64,000 bases of DNA from Candidatus Hydrogenedentota bacterium (GTDB taxonomy: Bacteria; Hydrogenedentota; Hydrogenedentia; Hydrogenedentales; SLHB01). A program made the position numbers and the translations under genes. The DNA is taken from the NCBI GenBank assembly GCA_963674865.2, contig CAXXYE010000003.1, positions 256,001 to 320,000 on the forward strand, in the 5' to 3' direction. Shown piece by piece: positions 50,066 through 60,273 of the stretch (its first letter is position 1; every line of letters begins with the position of its first letter). The notes below the pieces were generated by a model. The model did not search any database and was not told the DNA's origin. It worked only from the letters and a program-made list of their open reading frames with translations.

Positions 50066-51296
50066 CTAAGTGATCCCCAGTTTTGCGATAGGTGCATGAA
50101 TAAGGGCCAAACACGAGTTTCCGACCTGTATACTGGCGAAAGTCGACCAAAACCGTCGTCAGCAGGAGGATTTTTCATGTTTGGCCCGAGCAAGATTATG
50201 AAGTGGTTCGACCGGAATCTGCAAGAGGTGCGACGGTCGCGACGCAAGACGCTGGCCCATATCGCGGCAGGAGCCATGAAGATGAAAGGGGTCGGCGTGT
50301 TGGCGTTGGGACGCGCCATGGATGGCCCGGCACTCGCAAAGCACCGTATTAAAAGGGTGGATCGCTTCTTAGGCAATGAGCAGGTGGAAGCCTTCGCCAT
50401 TGCCAAGGCGTTGTTCAACATCCTGCGAGGCCAAGACCGACGGCCCTTGGTCCTGGTCGATTGGACGGATCGCGGTGCCTTCGAACAACTGGTTCTCTCC
50501 ATTCCCCAAGACGGCCGCTCTATGCCGTTCCACGCCATCTCCATCGATTCGACCAAATTCGGGACGGAAAGTGAAGGGGCTCTCATCCAAGCTGAACGAG
50601 AGATTCTGCGAGACCTGCACGCCATGTGTCCGCCCGGCGTGACTCCGATTATCGTGGCCGACCGGGGCTTCGGAAACGAGCGCTGGATACGCGATGTCAC
50701 AAACTGGGGATGGTGCTTTGTGCAGCGTCTGTCCAAGAATCATTGGGTCGAAACCGAGCACCACATCGGCACCCTCCCCGAACTGGGGATACGGCGAGGC
50801 TATCGCCCCAAAGACTGGGGCTGGGGCACGATGGGAGAAAAGGACGCCGACAACAAGACGCCCTTTCGGCTGGTCACCGTCTTCGGTTGGGAGGCCGACG
50901 AGCCGTGGTATCTCATTACAAACATTGAAGATCGCGAGGCCCGGGCCATCACATCCATCTACGCGAAGCGCTGGTGGACTGAAATGATGTTTCGAGATCT
51001 GAAGAACCGCAAATGGGGGCTCGGCATGGACGAAGTGAAACTCACCTCCCGCCAGCGCACCGCTGTGCACTTCATCATCGTCATGCTTGCCTTCATTCTT
51101 CTGTGCGCCTTCGGCGCCTTCGCCGAAACCAAAGACTTCGGCGAACAACTCAAAGCAAACACCGCCGAGAACAGAGCCCTCTCCCTCGCCGCCACAGGAA
51201 ACCACTTCATCGAATTCATCGGACGAACCACCGTTGCTATGGCCATCGCTAGATTGGTCTACGCACCTACATAGAACCAAACTGGGGAGTACTCAG
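50066..51296 (+). mobile_element. IS4-family insertion sequence (1231 bp) with a 9-bp target duplication
   Basis: IRL CTAAGTGATCCCCAGTTT (50066-50083) and IRR AAACTGGGGAGTACTCAG (51279-51296), 15/18 complementary. CACTTTGTC flanks both ends (50057-50065, 51297-51305). Confidence 0.95.
50177..51274 (+). CDS. IS4-family (IS10-like) DDE transposase
   Basis: VLVDWT, VADRGF and YAKRWWTEMMFRDLK (YREK motif); AGGAGG RBS. Confidence 0.93.
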   Translation: MFGPSKIMKWFDRNLQEVRRSRRKTLAHIAAGAMKMKGVGVLALGRAMDGPALAKHRIKRVDRFLGNEQVEAFAIAKALFNILRGQDRRPLVLVDWTDRGAFEQLVLSIPQDGRSMPFHAISIDSTKFGTESEGALIQAEREILRDLHAMCPPGVTPIIVADRGFGNERWIRDVTNWGWCFVQRLSKNHWVETEHHIGTLPELGIRRGYRPKDWGWGTMGEKDADNKTPFRLVTVFGWEADEPWYLITNIEDREARAITSIYAKRWWTEMMFRDLKNRKWGLGMDEVKLTSRQRTAVHFIIVMLAFILLCAFGAFAETKDFGEQLKANTAENRALSLAATGNHFIEFIGRTTVAMAIARLVYAPT

Positions 51297-51432
51297 CACT
51301 TTGTCACATTTCCGATCTCAAGGGCAGAGTCGCCACGCATGAACACAAACTGCGAAAGGCGCTATAATTGTACTCAGTGAGCATAGGCCGAGTCTTCGTC
51401 TTGTCTGCGGAGCGCGGTGGGAGGGAAGCCTA

Positions 51433-52446
51433 ATGGAGTCGGCGGAAGCGCGGGAGAGATTTCGGCAAGCCGTCAGCCTGTATCGCGAGAAGCGGTATGG
51501 GGCCTGTCTAGTAATCCTTGACGAACTAGACGCCTCTTTCCCTTACACGCGCGAGGTGATGTACGCGCGTGCGCTCTGCCTTGCGTCCCTGAAACGGCTC
51601 GAGGAGTCCCAGACGCTGTGCGACTACCTCATCTCCGCTCTCAATGACAAACAGGCGGAGGAGCTTAGGGACCGGCTGGATGAAGAGATCGCGGCTACCG
51701 GCTTCGAGGGCATGGAGAAGTGGCATCTGGCCAGTACGGGGCTCGGCACGAAGCGGGCCAGGCGCCCCTCCAGGTTTGAGGGCTGGTTCCGCCGGTCGGG
51801 CGAGAGACTGCATTTTCTCATTCCCGTGACGCAAGTGGTCGCATTGCTGCTGGCCATAGCAGTAGTGCTGTTCGCGATCGTTTTCTACGTCGAGAACTTC
51901 GATCAGATCCGGCGCGGTAAGTCCCTGAAGTCGTTTGTTGCCAATCGGCCGAGCGCCCATCCGGAAACGCCTTCCCCGCCGCCAACAGCACGGCCGAAGA
52001 GGCAGGCCGTTACACCCACGGACGAGAAGCTCAACGAGTCGTTTCTGACGGAAGAGGAGCTGCAGTCGCTCACGCCATTCAAGCCCCAGGGGAGGATTCG
52101 TCAGCGTCGAGAGCCGAAGCCAACGGACCCGGTTGTGTTAAGTATCAGAGGCGCACTCACTTTCCTGGCGCTCTTCTTGGCATTGCTGACTGCGAAGAGA
52201 TTGCCCAGCCCTCGTATGATGAACAACATCCTGTCCGTGGCGCTCGTTTCGATACCTGTTATCGCGGCCCAATTACTCCTTCCCTGGTACTTCTGGTTCG
52301 TCTGGTTTCCACTGCTCTTCTTCCTGCTGAACCTGGCTTACGAGATGGAAATCAGCGAGTTCCTTATCTTCTGCGCCATGTTTACCGTACTGCATGTGAT
52401 GGGAACCGGCGTCATAAACGAGATATACTCCGGCCACTTTCTCTGA
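51433..52446 (+). CDS. Hypothetical membrane protein with an N-terminal TPR-like domain
   Basis: TPR-like helices, one TM, a Pro-rich linker and several C-terminal TM helices. Confidence 0.7.
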   Translation: MESAEARERFRQAVSLYREKRYGACLVILDELDASFPYTREVMYARALCLASLKRLEESQTLCDYLISALNDKQAEELRDRLDEEIAATGFEGMEKWHLASTGLGTKRARRPSRFEGWFRRSGERLHFLIPVTQVVALLLAIAVVLFAIVFYVENFDQIRRGKSLKSFVANRPSAHPETPSPPPTARPKRQAVTPTDEKLNESFLTEEELQSLTPFKPQGRIRQRREPKPTDPVVLSIRGALTFLALFLALLTAKRLPSPRMMNNILSVALVSIPVIAAQLLLPWYFWFVWFPLLFFLLNLAYEMEISEFLIFCAMFTVLHVMGTGVINEIYSGHFL

Positions 52447-52527
52447 GGCCCCCGCGCCTCATAAGGAATGGGCGTGCCATGCGAAGGGACTCAGCTTGTC
52501 GCGGACTGGGGGGAGCTTCAAGAGACT

Positions 52528-53292
52528 CTAGGATGCGTCCTGTGTCTCAGAGAGGCGCTTTCGGACGCGTTTCCAGGAGCGTGTGATGAGGAAACTCTCG
52601 TCCATGTTGTCGATCATCTGCGTGAACTTGCCCATGGGCACGGCGAAGCTGAGGATGTCCGCCGCGACGAAGTCGCGTGCGGCGACGTCGAACATGCCCA
52701 ACACGCCACGAGGATGTTCTTTGTACTTCTCGAGATAGGGGTGCTGGACTATCGAGCCGCAGCCCGCCGAGAACGGCGCCACGACGCCGTGAAGATCCGT
52801 CTCATCGAAGTTGGCGAGGGTGAACAAGCCGGCCAGTACATCCGGACGGGCGAAGAAGATCGCGACTTCAGGTTCGTCCTCGCTCTCCAATCGATCCCAA
52901 CGCTTGAAGACGATATATGGCTCTGGTGCGTGGAACGCCGGACTACTCTTGAGGAGTTCACGGACAAGCTCCGGCGATTTCTTGAATCGCTCTCCTTCCA
53001 CGACGGCGGGGATGCCGCAGGAAAGGAAGTGGTCGAAGTGAGGCATAAGTTGCTGTGAGAAGCCCAGATAGCGTTTCGCGCCGGGGCAGCCCACCGAATC
53101 GACGCCGTACGCCATCGAGCGGCCCTTACGTACCTGCGCCAGTTGCGCGATGAAGCAACGATACTGCTGACTGGCCGGGGCAAGTTCGACAGAGCCGGGC
53201 GCGGCGGCGTAGTGGAACGTGATCGGCAGTTCGGCGCCGGGGAAATACCTTTCCCACGAATCGATGAATCTGTCTCGAAAGGCGAGATCCAA
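52528..53292 (-). CDS. DUF169 family protein
   Basis: ELPITF, CPGAKRYLGF, EGERFKKSPE, APFSAGCGS and GMFDVAAR. Confidence 0.8.
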   Translation of the reverse strand: MDLAFRDRFIDSWERYFPGAELPITFHYAAAPGSVELAPASQQYRCFIAQLAQVRKGRSMAYGVDSVGCPGAKRYLGFSQQLMPHFDHFLSCGIPAVVEGERFKKSPELVRELLKSSPAFHAPEPYIVFKRWDRLESEDEPEVAIFFARPDVLAGLFTLANFDETDLHGVVAPFSAGCGSIVQHPYLEKYKEHPRGVLGMFDVAARDFVAADILSFAVPMGKFTQMIDNMDESFLITRSWKRVRKRLSETQDAS

Positions 53293-53426
53293 AGGGGCCT
53301 TTTCCTGACTTGTTTATGAAATAATCGCCTTGCGCCAGCGCGTTCCTCAACAACGCGTTGAGAGTGTAACATGTCTTCTACAGCGTTTCATTCCGGCGGG
53401 CCGGCCGGCCAGAGGAGGATTGAAAT

Positions 53427-53906
53427 ATGGCAGCGTCGAGTTCCATACCGAAGGAAGGGGCCAAGGCCCCGGCATTCTCACTTCCCTCAAGCGCCGGCGC
53501 ATCCGTTAGCCTGGCGCAGTTCAAAGGAAGGCCGGTGGCGCTGTATTTCTACCCGAAGGACAGCACCCCCGGCTGCACCATCGAAGCGAAGGAATTCCGA
53601 GATCATCTGGCCGGCTTCGAGGCTCGCCAGGCCGTTGTGCTCGGTGTAAGCCCGGACAGCGTCGAATCGCATTGCAGGTTCGTTGACAAACAGGATCTGA
53701 ACTTCACCTTGCTTGCCGACACCGACCACCACGTGGCCGAAGCCTACGGTGTGTGGGTGGAAAAGAGCATGTACGGCCGCAAGTTCATGGGGATCCAGCG
53801 CGCCACGTTTCTCATCGACGGCGCGGGGAAGATTGCCCGGGTGTGGCCGAAGGTTTCTCCCAAGGGGCACGCGCAGGAGGTACTCGAAGCGCTCGATGCG
53901 CTATAG
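53427..53906 (+). CDS. bcp: Peroxiredoxin BCP/PrxQ
   Basis: YFYPKDSTPGCT, GVSPDS and IQRATFLID. Confidence 0.95.
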   Translation: MAASSSIPKEGAKAPAFSLPSSAGASVSLAQFKGRPVALYFYPKDSTPGCTIEAKEFRDHLAGFEARQAVVLGVSPDSVESHCRFVDKQDLNFTLLADTDHHVAEAYGVWVEKSMYGRKFMGIQRATFLIDGAGKIARVWPKVSPKGHAQEVLEALDAL

Positions 53907-54039
53907 TGTCATACACTTTCGCGATCGGCCGTGTCCCTGAGACGCCCCGGGCCCAGACGGCCGGCCGCGGCACGACGGCGCGCATGGGCACGGGGGAGGA
54001 GGTCGCCGACCCAGGCGTGAAAACCGGGAGGGGACAAGA

Positions 54040-55062
54040 ATGCTGCGCATTGCCATCCTCGGGGCAGGGCATTTCGCGGAAGCCCATCTCAAGGCATTGG
54101 AGCGACTCAGCGGCCGCGGGCGCGTCGTATGTATTGCGCGGCGACGCCTTGACGCGCCGTTGGCGGAGGGCGTTCCCGTGGTTGCGCCCGAGGCCGCCAT
54201 CGAATCCCCGGAGGTCGACGCCGTCGCCGTCTGCCTGCCGAATAACCTGCACCGGCGTTATGCGGAGATGGCTCTGAAGGCCGGCAAGCACGTCTTCTGC
54301 GAGAAGCCGCTGGCGCTGAACGCGGCCGACGCCGATGTGGTGATCGCCGCCGCGGAGCGGGCGGGGCGTATTCTGACGGTTGGCCATCTCACGCGTTACG
54401 TTCCCGCCTACCAGGCGGCGGCCGATGTACTGACGAGCGGACGCCTCGGGGCGATCCGGGCGGCGTACGCCTCGCGACTCCAAGTCGGAAAGGCCCAATC
54501 ATGGCGGATGGATCCGGACGTGGGCGGTGGTGTCGTCTTCGACCTCCTGATCCACGACCTCGACTTGCTGAACTGGTACCTGGGCCCGCCCGAATCCGTC
54601 TACGCGCAAGGGCGACGGCATACGCAGGGCGCATTTGAACACATGGGCGCCGTGTTCACCTACGCAGGCGGTGCTGTGGCCATGGCCGAAGGGAGCTTCA
54701 TGCTGCCTCAAGGCGCATCACTAACCGCGCAACTTCGCATCCTCTGCGAGAACGGCGTCATCGAAATTGTACCGGGTGATGCGGCCGCTCCCGTGCGCGT
54801 CCGGGAAGCCGGACAGCCGGAGGAGCACCTTGCCGTCAAGACGGAGGATCTGCTTATCGAGGGACTCGTCGGGGAGTACGAGGAGTTCCTCGACGTTATC
54901 GAGGGCGCCACATCACGCCGTCGCCTTCATCTCGCCGATGCACGAAGCGCCGTCGAAGCCGCGGCCCTTACGAACCAGGCCGCCGCGAAGGGGCAAGTCA
55001 TCTCATTCGGCCCGGGAAAGCACGCCGACACGTCCAGAGACGCAGAAAGGAGGGAGCGGTGA
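54040..55062 (+). CDS. Gfo/Idh/MocA family oxidoreductase
   Basis: IAILGAG, GKHVFCEKPLA and GGGVVFDLLIHDLD. Confidence 0.92.
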   Translation: MLRIAILGAGHFAEAHLKALERLSGRGRVVCIARRRLDAPLAEGVPVVAPEAAIESPEVDAVAVCLPNNLHRRYAEMALKAGKHVFCEKPLALNAADADVVIAAAERAGRILTVGHLTRYVPAYQAAADVLTSGRLGAIRAAYASRLQVGKAQSWRMDPDVGGGVVFDLLIHDLDLLNWYLGPPESVYAQGRRHTQGAFEHMGAVFTYAGGAVAMAEGSFMLPQGASLTAQLRILCENGVIEIVPGDAAAPVRVREAGQPEEHLAVKTEDLLIEGLVGEYEEFLDVIEGATSRRRLHLADARSAVEAAALTNQAAAKGQVISFGPGKHADTSRDAERRER

Positions 55063-55262
55063 CTAAGCGCTACGAATATCGCGTCGAGTACCTCAAGCTG
55101 ACAACGGGCAAGGGCACGCTAGAGCAGATCGTTGAGGCGCTCAACCGCTTCGGTGCGGAAGGTTGGCGTTTCAACCGGATGTACGGCGAGGCCGGCCTGC
55201 GCTCGTTGACCTCATGGAAAGGGGGAGTGAACCTGCTCCAGGAGCGGGAAACTGCCGCCTGA
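55059..55262 (+). CDS. Small DUF4177-like protein
   Basis: YEYRVE...LNRFGAEGW pattern; GTGA and TGATG overlaps with its neighbours. Confidence 0.72.
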   Translation: MTKRYEYRVEYLKLTTGKGTLEQIVEALNRFGAEGWRFNRMYGEAGLRSLTSWKGGVNLLQERETAA

Positions 55263-56104
55263 TGTCACCCGTCATTCAGGCCCTTCTCGAAAGTCTGGGA
55301 GTCACCCTTGTGGCTGCTTGCGGTGTGGCTCTCGGCTGGTGGTTTTCGAACCGGCGCAAGCCGCTTTGGCTTATCGGCTATATTGCGCCGTTCCTTCTGC
55401 TTATTCTCGTGTCCCTTCCCAGGCGGCTCCCACGGCTGGAGCTCGTCATCCCATTCCGATGGATCATGGCCGGCCGCCGGGAATTCGTCGTGATGGCCCT
55501 TGTGTGCACCACCCTTCTCGTGACACTGCTGCCCAAGCTTTCCCGCCGGGGGGAGCGGGCGATGGTTGGCCTCTTCGCGGCCTTCGCGACGCTGTATATC
55601 GCTGTACTGCCTTTCCTGATGCCCGCGCTTGACTACGGCCGCCAATCCCGTCTCAACACCCGGTTCGACGACAACGGTGTGTGTCTCCAGAGCAACTCCT
55701 ACAACTGCGGCCCGGCCGCGGCCGTGACGGCGCTGCGCCGCTTAGGAGTCCCCGCTGAAGAAGGCGAACTCGCCGTGCGCGCACACACAAGCTTCGTCGC
55801 CGGCACCTCGCCCGACAGCCTGGCAGACGCCATCCGAAGACTCTACGGCCTTCCCTGCTGTGTGGCCCATTTCTCCTCCCTCGACGAACTCCGAGGGAAG
55901 GAGCCCCTTGTGGCACGCGTGAAGCACAGCATGTTCATGGATCACTTCGTCACCGTACTTGCCGTCAGGGAGGCGGACGTGGTTATCGGCGATCCCTTTA
56001 CCGGCCGCAGTACGTTGAGCCACGATGAGTTCGCGCGAAAATGGCGCAAATGCGCCGTGGTGATCGAGAAGGGGGACGAGCCAAGCGAACAGGAAGGCCG
56101 GTAG
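55262..56104 (+). CDS. Membrane-anchored C39 family cysteine peptidase
   Basis: Four TM helices, then QSNSYNCGPAA, HFVTV and IGDP. Confidence 0.82.
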   Translation: MSPVIQALLESLGVTLVAACGVALGWWFSNRRKPLWLIGYIAPFLLLILVSLPRRLPRLELVIPFRWIMAGRREFVVMALVCTTLLVTLLPKLSRRGERAMVGLFAAFATLYIAVLPFLMPALDYGRQSRLNTRFDDNGVCLQSNSYNCGPAAAVTALRRLGVPAEEGELAVRAHTSFVAGTSPDSLADAIRRLYGLPCCVAHFSSLDELRGKEPLVARVKHSMFMDHFVTVLAVREADVVIGDPFTGRSTLSHDEFARKWRKCAVVIEKGDEPSEQEGR

Positions 56105-56110
56105 CTCACA

Positions 56111-57127
56111 TCACACGTCACGATCACCGGCTGCAAGCCGGCCCGCCCCCGGGATCTCGCCACGGCTTTCCGCGCGCGCAGGCGCTGCCGCGATATCCAC
56201 ATGCAGCCTCAGTTGCCCGTAGCGGAGCTTCACCCAGAGCGGGATCAGCGTGCTTCCTGCGAGCAACACGCCAAGGGCAAGTAGCCCGGACTCCGGGCCG
56301 AAGGCACCGCCCACCCATAGCTCCGGGCCGTGCTGCTCGGTGGCGATGACGGTGGCTGAGACATACGCGTACCCGCTTATTGGGAAGCCGTAAACGTTGC
56401 TTTCAAAGAAGTTCCACGCGATATGCAAGCCGATGGGAATGGCCAACTCCCCCGTCAGCACGTAGCCGAGTCCCATGACGATTCCGGCCAGGGCGATGTC
56501 CAGTATGCCGATGAAGCACATGTGCGGATTGCCCGCGTGGAACAATGAAAATCCAACGGACGACAGGAGCAAGGCGAGGATGATGGAAGCCCGCGGCCCG
56601 ATGCGCCACCAGTTGAGGCCTTCGGCGAGGTTGGTGAGATGATAGCCTTGTGAGAGCATTTCCTCATTCACGCCCACCAACACGAAGAGCACCACTGGCA
56701 ATAAGATAGCCAGGGCAAACGGTATGTCTGGATCTCGTGTCGCCAGCACTTCCGTTACCGTCACCCATCCTGCGGCGAACTCAATCAGGAACACGCACGT
56801 CACCAGCGAGCCGCCCAGCACAAATCCGAACGCGAGATCGATCCACCAGTTTCTGTCGAAGTGGAATCCGAAATCGATGAACCGGCGCCTGTCCAGAAAC
56901 CGGCCCGCTACGTAGATGGAGACAAGGACTGTCAAACCAGAGAGTATTGCTCGGCCAGGCAACGTGTGTGGAATCACCCGGACTCCCGCCGTAGCCTCGA
57001 TCGTGTCACACACCCAGACGACTAGGAGCACCTGTGCTATCACCAGGAGCGCCTGTAGCACGAGCCGCCACAGCGCCCGGATTCGTCCTTCACGCCGGTT
57101 CCAGAAGGCAGCGACAATGCAGCCCAT
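56111..57127 (-). CDS. CPBP (CAAX/Abi) family intramembrane metalloprotease
   Basis: NEEMLSQGY, FSLFHAGN, GLHIAWNF and GGAFGPE. Confidence 0.9.
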   Translation of the reverse strand: MGCIVAAFWNRREGRIRALWRLVLQALLVIAQVLLVVWVCDTIEATAGVRVIPHTLPGRAILSGLTVLVSIYVAGRFLDRRRFIDFGFHFDRNWWIDLAFGFVLGGSLVTCVFLIEFAAGWVTVTEVLATRDPDIPFALAILLPVVLFVLVGVNEEMLSQGYHLTNLAEGLNWWRIGPRASIILALLLSSVGFSLFHAGNPHMCFIGILDIALAGIVMGLGYVLTGELAIPIGLHIAWNFFESNVYGFPISGYAYVSATVIATEQHGPELWVGGAFGPESGLLALGVLLAGSTLIPLWVKLRYGQLRLHVDIAAAPARAESRGEIPGAGRLAAGDRDV

Positions 57128-57206
57128 GCTATGTGCGGCCCCCTTGTTGTGCCGTCATGCGCGCCCCTGTTTCGCGTGAAGTTCCCGGCATCATGCCACG
57201 TCTTGC

Positions 57207-58193
57207 TTACGTGTGCAATTCCACCACATCGCCATCGTGCAGGATGTGATCCCGCCCCACGAGTTGCCCATCGTGGACGCCCGCGCCCCACAGCCGGGCC
57301 GTCTTGAGCTCCCGGATGAAATCATGATGGACATGCGCCGCGAACTCCTCGACGCTGCTCCCTTCTTTCAAGACAAAGGGAGATTCGAGTTTCGGCTCTT
57401 TGCCGGGCGGCTTGCTGTAGACTCGAATGATTCCCAACTGCCCGAACACCGCTTGCCGCAGTGTGTCGAGATTGCGCCCCGACTCGGCCGACACCGACAG
57501 CATGGGCCATCGGCCGCCCAGAAGCTCACGAAAGACCTCGAATTCCTCATCCCAGTTCCCATCATCATCCTTGTTCACCACCACCACGCACGGGATGCGC
57601 GCCACGTATCGGCGCCCCGGCGCTCCTTCATCCTCATTGCCGAGCGCAATCCGGTGCTCCTTGAGCAGGCCGACGGCATCGTCGAGATCTTGGATGGGAT
57701 GTCCCTGCAGGTCGACGGCCAGCAGGAGCATGTCCGCCGTCTTGATCAGTCCGAAAAGCTCCGGCTCGACATGTTCCCGGCTCAACGCCGGCGTGTCGAT
57801 CAACTGAATCTGGATGTCGTGCACCGGCATCATTCCCGGCGTGGGCGTCCATGTCGTGAAGGGATAGGCCGATACTTTCGGCGTGGCGTGCGTCAGCGCC
57901 GCTATCAGTGCGGATTTCCCGACGTTCGGCGCCCCGACGACAACCACGCGCGCCGGGCCCTCCTTCTCGACGTGGTACACCGAGCGATGCTTGCCGGCCT
58001 TCTTCTGGCTCTCGATATTTGTCTTCAGCCGCGATAGCCTGCGCCGCAGATCCGCGCGAAGCTTGTCCGTGCCCTTGTGCTTCGGAACCGTTGTCAGCAG
58101 TTCTTCAAGACAGCGGACCTTCTCCTCCTCCGACTCCGCCTCGCGGAACCGCTCCTCCGCGTCGAAGTATTCTGGTGGCAGGTTAGTCGGCAT
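57207..58193 (-). CDS. DRG/OBG-family GTPase with a C-terminal TGS domain
   Basis: PKHKGT N-domain; GAPNVGKS, YPFTT, DTP, NKDD and SA; TGS-like GRDHILHDGDVVELH. Confidence 0.9.
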   Translation of the reverse strand: MPTNLPPEYFDAEERFREAESEEEKVRCLEELLTTVPKHKGTDKLRADLRRRLSRLKTNIESQKKAGKHRSVYHVEKEGPARVVVVGAPNVGKSALIAALTHATPKVSAYPFTTWTPTPGMMPVHDIQIQLIDTPALSREHVEPELFGLIKTADMLLLAVDLQGHPIQDLDDAVGLLKEHRIALGNEDEGAPGRRYVARIPCVVVVNKDDDGNWDEEFEVFRELLGGRWPMLSVSAESGRNLDTLRQAVFGQLGIIRVYSKPPGKEPKLESPFVLKEGSSVEEFAAHVHHDFIRELKTARLWGAGVHDGQLVGRDHILHDGDVVELHT

Positions 58194-58256
58194 TGCCCTA
58201 TCCGGCCTCCCCCGTCCTAGCTCAAAGGCGTCTCTCGTTTCCTGCTTCCAGCGAGC

Positions 58257-60203
58257 TCAGTCCTGCGTACGGAGATTCTTGAAGTAGTAGAGGAATCCGT
58301 CCTCGGCACCCGCTACGAGATCGGGCACGCCATCGCGATTCCAATCTACGATGGCGGGGCAGGTGGTGTGTCCCGCAAGCCGCTCCTCCGATAGGTTCCC
58401 AAGATTCTTGAACACGAACTCGCCTTCTTCCTCGGCGATATTCCGCATGAAGTCGATATTCAGGCTGTTGATCAGGATATCCAGACGGCCGTCGCCATCC
58501 CAATCCGTCATGACGAGTTTCCGCCGGCCGCTGCCCCCGGCGCGCTTCTCGCTGAGCCGTAACGCCTGCCTATTCTCATCGAGGAAGATGCGCTTGCCGG
58601 GGAGTAGCTCCAAAACGTCGTCAGTCCTCCGGCGCTCGAAGAACGCCAGGTAGCCTTCGTGATCGAGCATGATGAGGTCGTTCAATCCATCGCCGTTCAA
58701 ATCGCGCACCAAAGGACTCGTGCGCCACTGCGTGACGAGCTGATTCCCTTTCGGTTGCCACCACGTCCACGCCGGCTTCGGCGGCGCGCCGTCCCAGGCC
58801 ACCTCGATCCGCTGCGCCGCTCTGAGCTTCGGCGTGGTGCGCGTGCCGGCGTTCTCGTACCAGAGCACCTCCCCCCAGATCGAGTTGATGATGATGTCCG
58901 GTAGCCCGTCGTGGTTCCAGTCGGCCACATTCGGCACCGTATATCCCCATTTCGCCTCGGCCGGCCCCTGGATGGAGCCGTTCGGCCCGGCCTGGATACG
59001 GATGACAACGCCGTCGGCCTTGAGGTATACGGGCGCCGCCCACTGCGGCGGATCGGCGTTGTCCAGGTTCTCAACGAAATTCAGGTAGCCTGCGGTGTCG
59101 CCGGCAATGAGGTCTTCATCGCCGTCGCCGTCCCAGTCGACGTCGAAGGGAGTGCACAAGGCACCGATCTTGACGTTATCGGCCTCTTGCTGGAAGAAGC
59201 GCGGTACCAAGAATATGGGCATATTCTTGGCCATTCGGCCTGTGTGTTCGACTAGGGCGACGCGGCCATCCTCCTGGCCAACGATGAGATCCGTGTCGCC
59301 ATCCTTGTCCCAGTCCAGAGCGACGACCTGGAGCATCTCTAGGTCCATGTGGATGGGCTCTTTCCCGTCGGTAAGATAACGTCCTTCGGCGTATTCCGGC
59401 GCCGAACGCGTGCCCTTATTCTGGAAGTAGGTGAGCTTGTCGAGGAATTCCCCGCAAACGAGGTCGAGGTCGCCATCACCGTCGAAGTCGGCGATATTCG
59501 GGGAGGGGCAGCCGTAGACGTCCACAGGTTCGCCTCCGGCGAGCACGCGCTCAGGCGCGCCATACACCGGGGCCTTGTTGGTTCCCGTGTTCAGAGCGAT
59601 GAACACCCAGCCGTGCAGCGGCCCGGCCGTCCATTCCCCCTTCTCGCTGAACGCGTCATCCCATCCGTAATCACTCCAGGAACTGACGCCCAGCACGAGG
59701 TCCATGCGGCCGTCGCCGTCGTAGTCGGCGAGTTTCCACTGCTCCGCCCGCACCCTTTCGATAGAGAGTCCTGATTCGTATGACATCTCTTCAGGTTTGG
59801 CGCTGCCGCTTGCCAGGAAGTCGGGATAGCGATGGCCGGGCGTCATGACGAGGGCGCTGTCGTTGACGTACGACACCGTCACGTTCTTGAGCCCTTCATC
59901 AATGCGCACCGCCGCCTTGAACGTCGGATATTTCGCATCGCCTTGCGTGTTCTCAAAGAAGTAGGTGCCGTTCGATGGCTTGTTCCTCGTCGAAACCACC
60001 ATGTCATAGTCGCCGTCGCCATCGTAGTCCATAGGCAGCGGTTGGGCCCACAATCCGACGCCCAGGTCGACCACCAAATCCGGGTGGTTGTACTTCAGGC
60101 GCTCGAAGGTCTTTGATGTGCCCTCGACCTCATCGGCGAGAGCCGGGACAACCAACACGGCCGCGGTGATGCACAGTGCGATGTAGCCACGGCTAAGGCG
60201 CAT
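58257..60203 (-). CDS. Exported FG-GAP/VCBS repeat beta-propeller protein
   Basis: Signal peptide; about nine D(Y/W/F/L)(D/N)xDGxxD repeats. Confidence 0.88.
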   Translation of the reverse strand: MRLSRGYIALCITAAVLVVPALADEVEGTSKTFERLKYNHPDLVVDLGVGLWAQPLPMDYDGDGDYDMVVSTRNKPSNGTYFFENTQGDAKYPTFKAAVRIDEGLKNVTVSYVNDSALVMTPGHRYPDFLASGSAKPEEMSYESGLSIERVRAEQWKLADYDGDGRMDLVLGVSSWSDYGWDDAFSEKGEWTAGPLHGWVFIALNTGTNKAPVYGAPERVLAGGEPVDVYGCPSPNIADFDGDGDLDLVCGEFLDKLTYFQNKGTRSAPEYAEGRYLTDGKEPIHMDLEMLQVVALDWDKDGDTDLIVGQEDGRVALVEHTGRMAKNMPIFLVPRFFQQEADNVKIGALCTPFDVDWDGDGDEDLIAGDTAGYLNFVENLDNADPPQWAAPVYLKADGVVIRIQAGPNGSIQGPAEAKWGYTVPNVADWNHDGLPDIIINSIWGEVLWYENAGTRTTPKLRAAQRIEVAWDGAPPKPAWTWWQPKGNQLVTQWRTSPLVRDLNGDGLNDLIMLDHEGYLAFFERRRTDDVLELLPGKRIFLDENRQALRLSEKRAGGSGRRKLVMTDWDGDGRLDILINSLNIDFMRNIAEEEGEFVFKNLGNLSEERLAGHTTCPAIVDWNRDGVPDLVAGAEDGFLYYFKNLRTQD

Positions 60204-60273
60204 AAGGGATAGTCCTTCTTTGGATGACGGCCGACGAAGGCCGATCCTACGGCGCGGAGTTCCGGGCCGGCAC

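Noticed and set aside
58257..60203. Recurring nucleotide motifs as a repeat array or CRISPR
   Set aside because: They are coding FG-GAP repeats. No constant-repeat/spacer array or cas gene was seen anywhere in the window.
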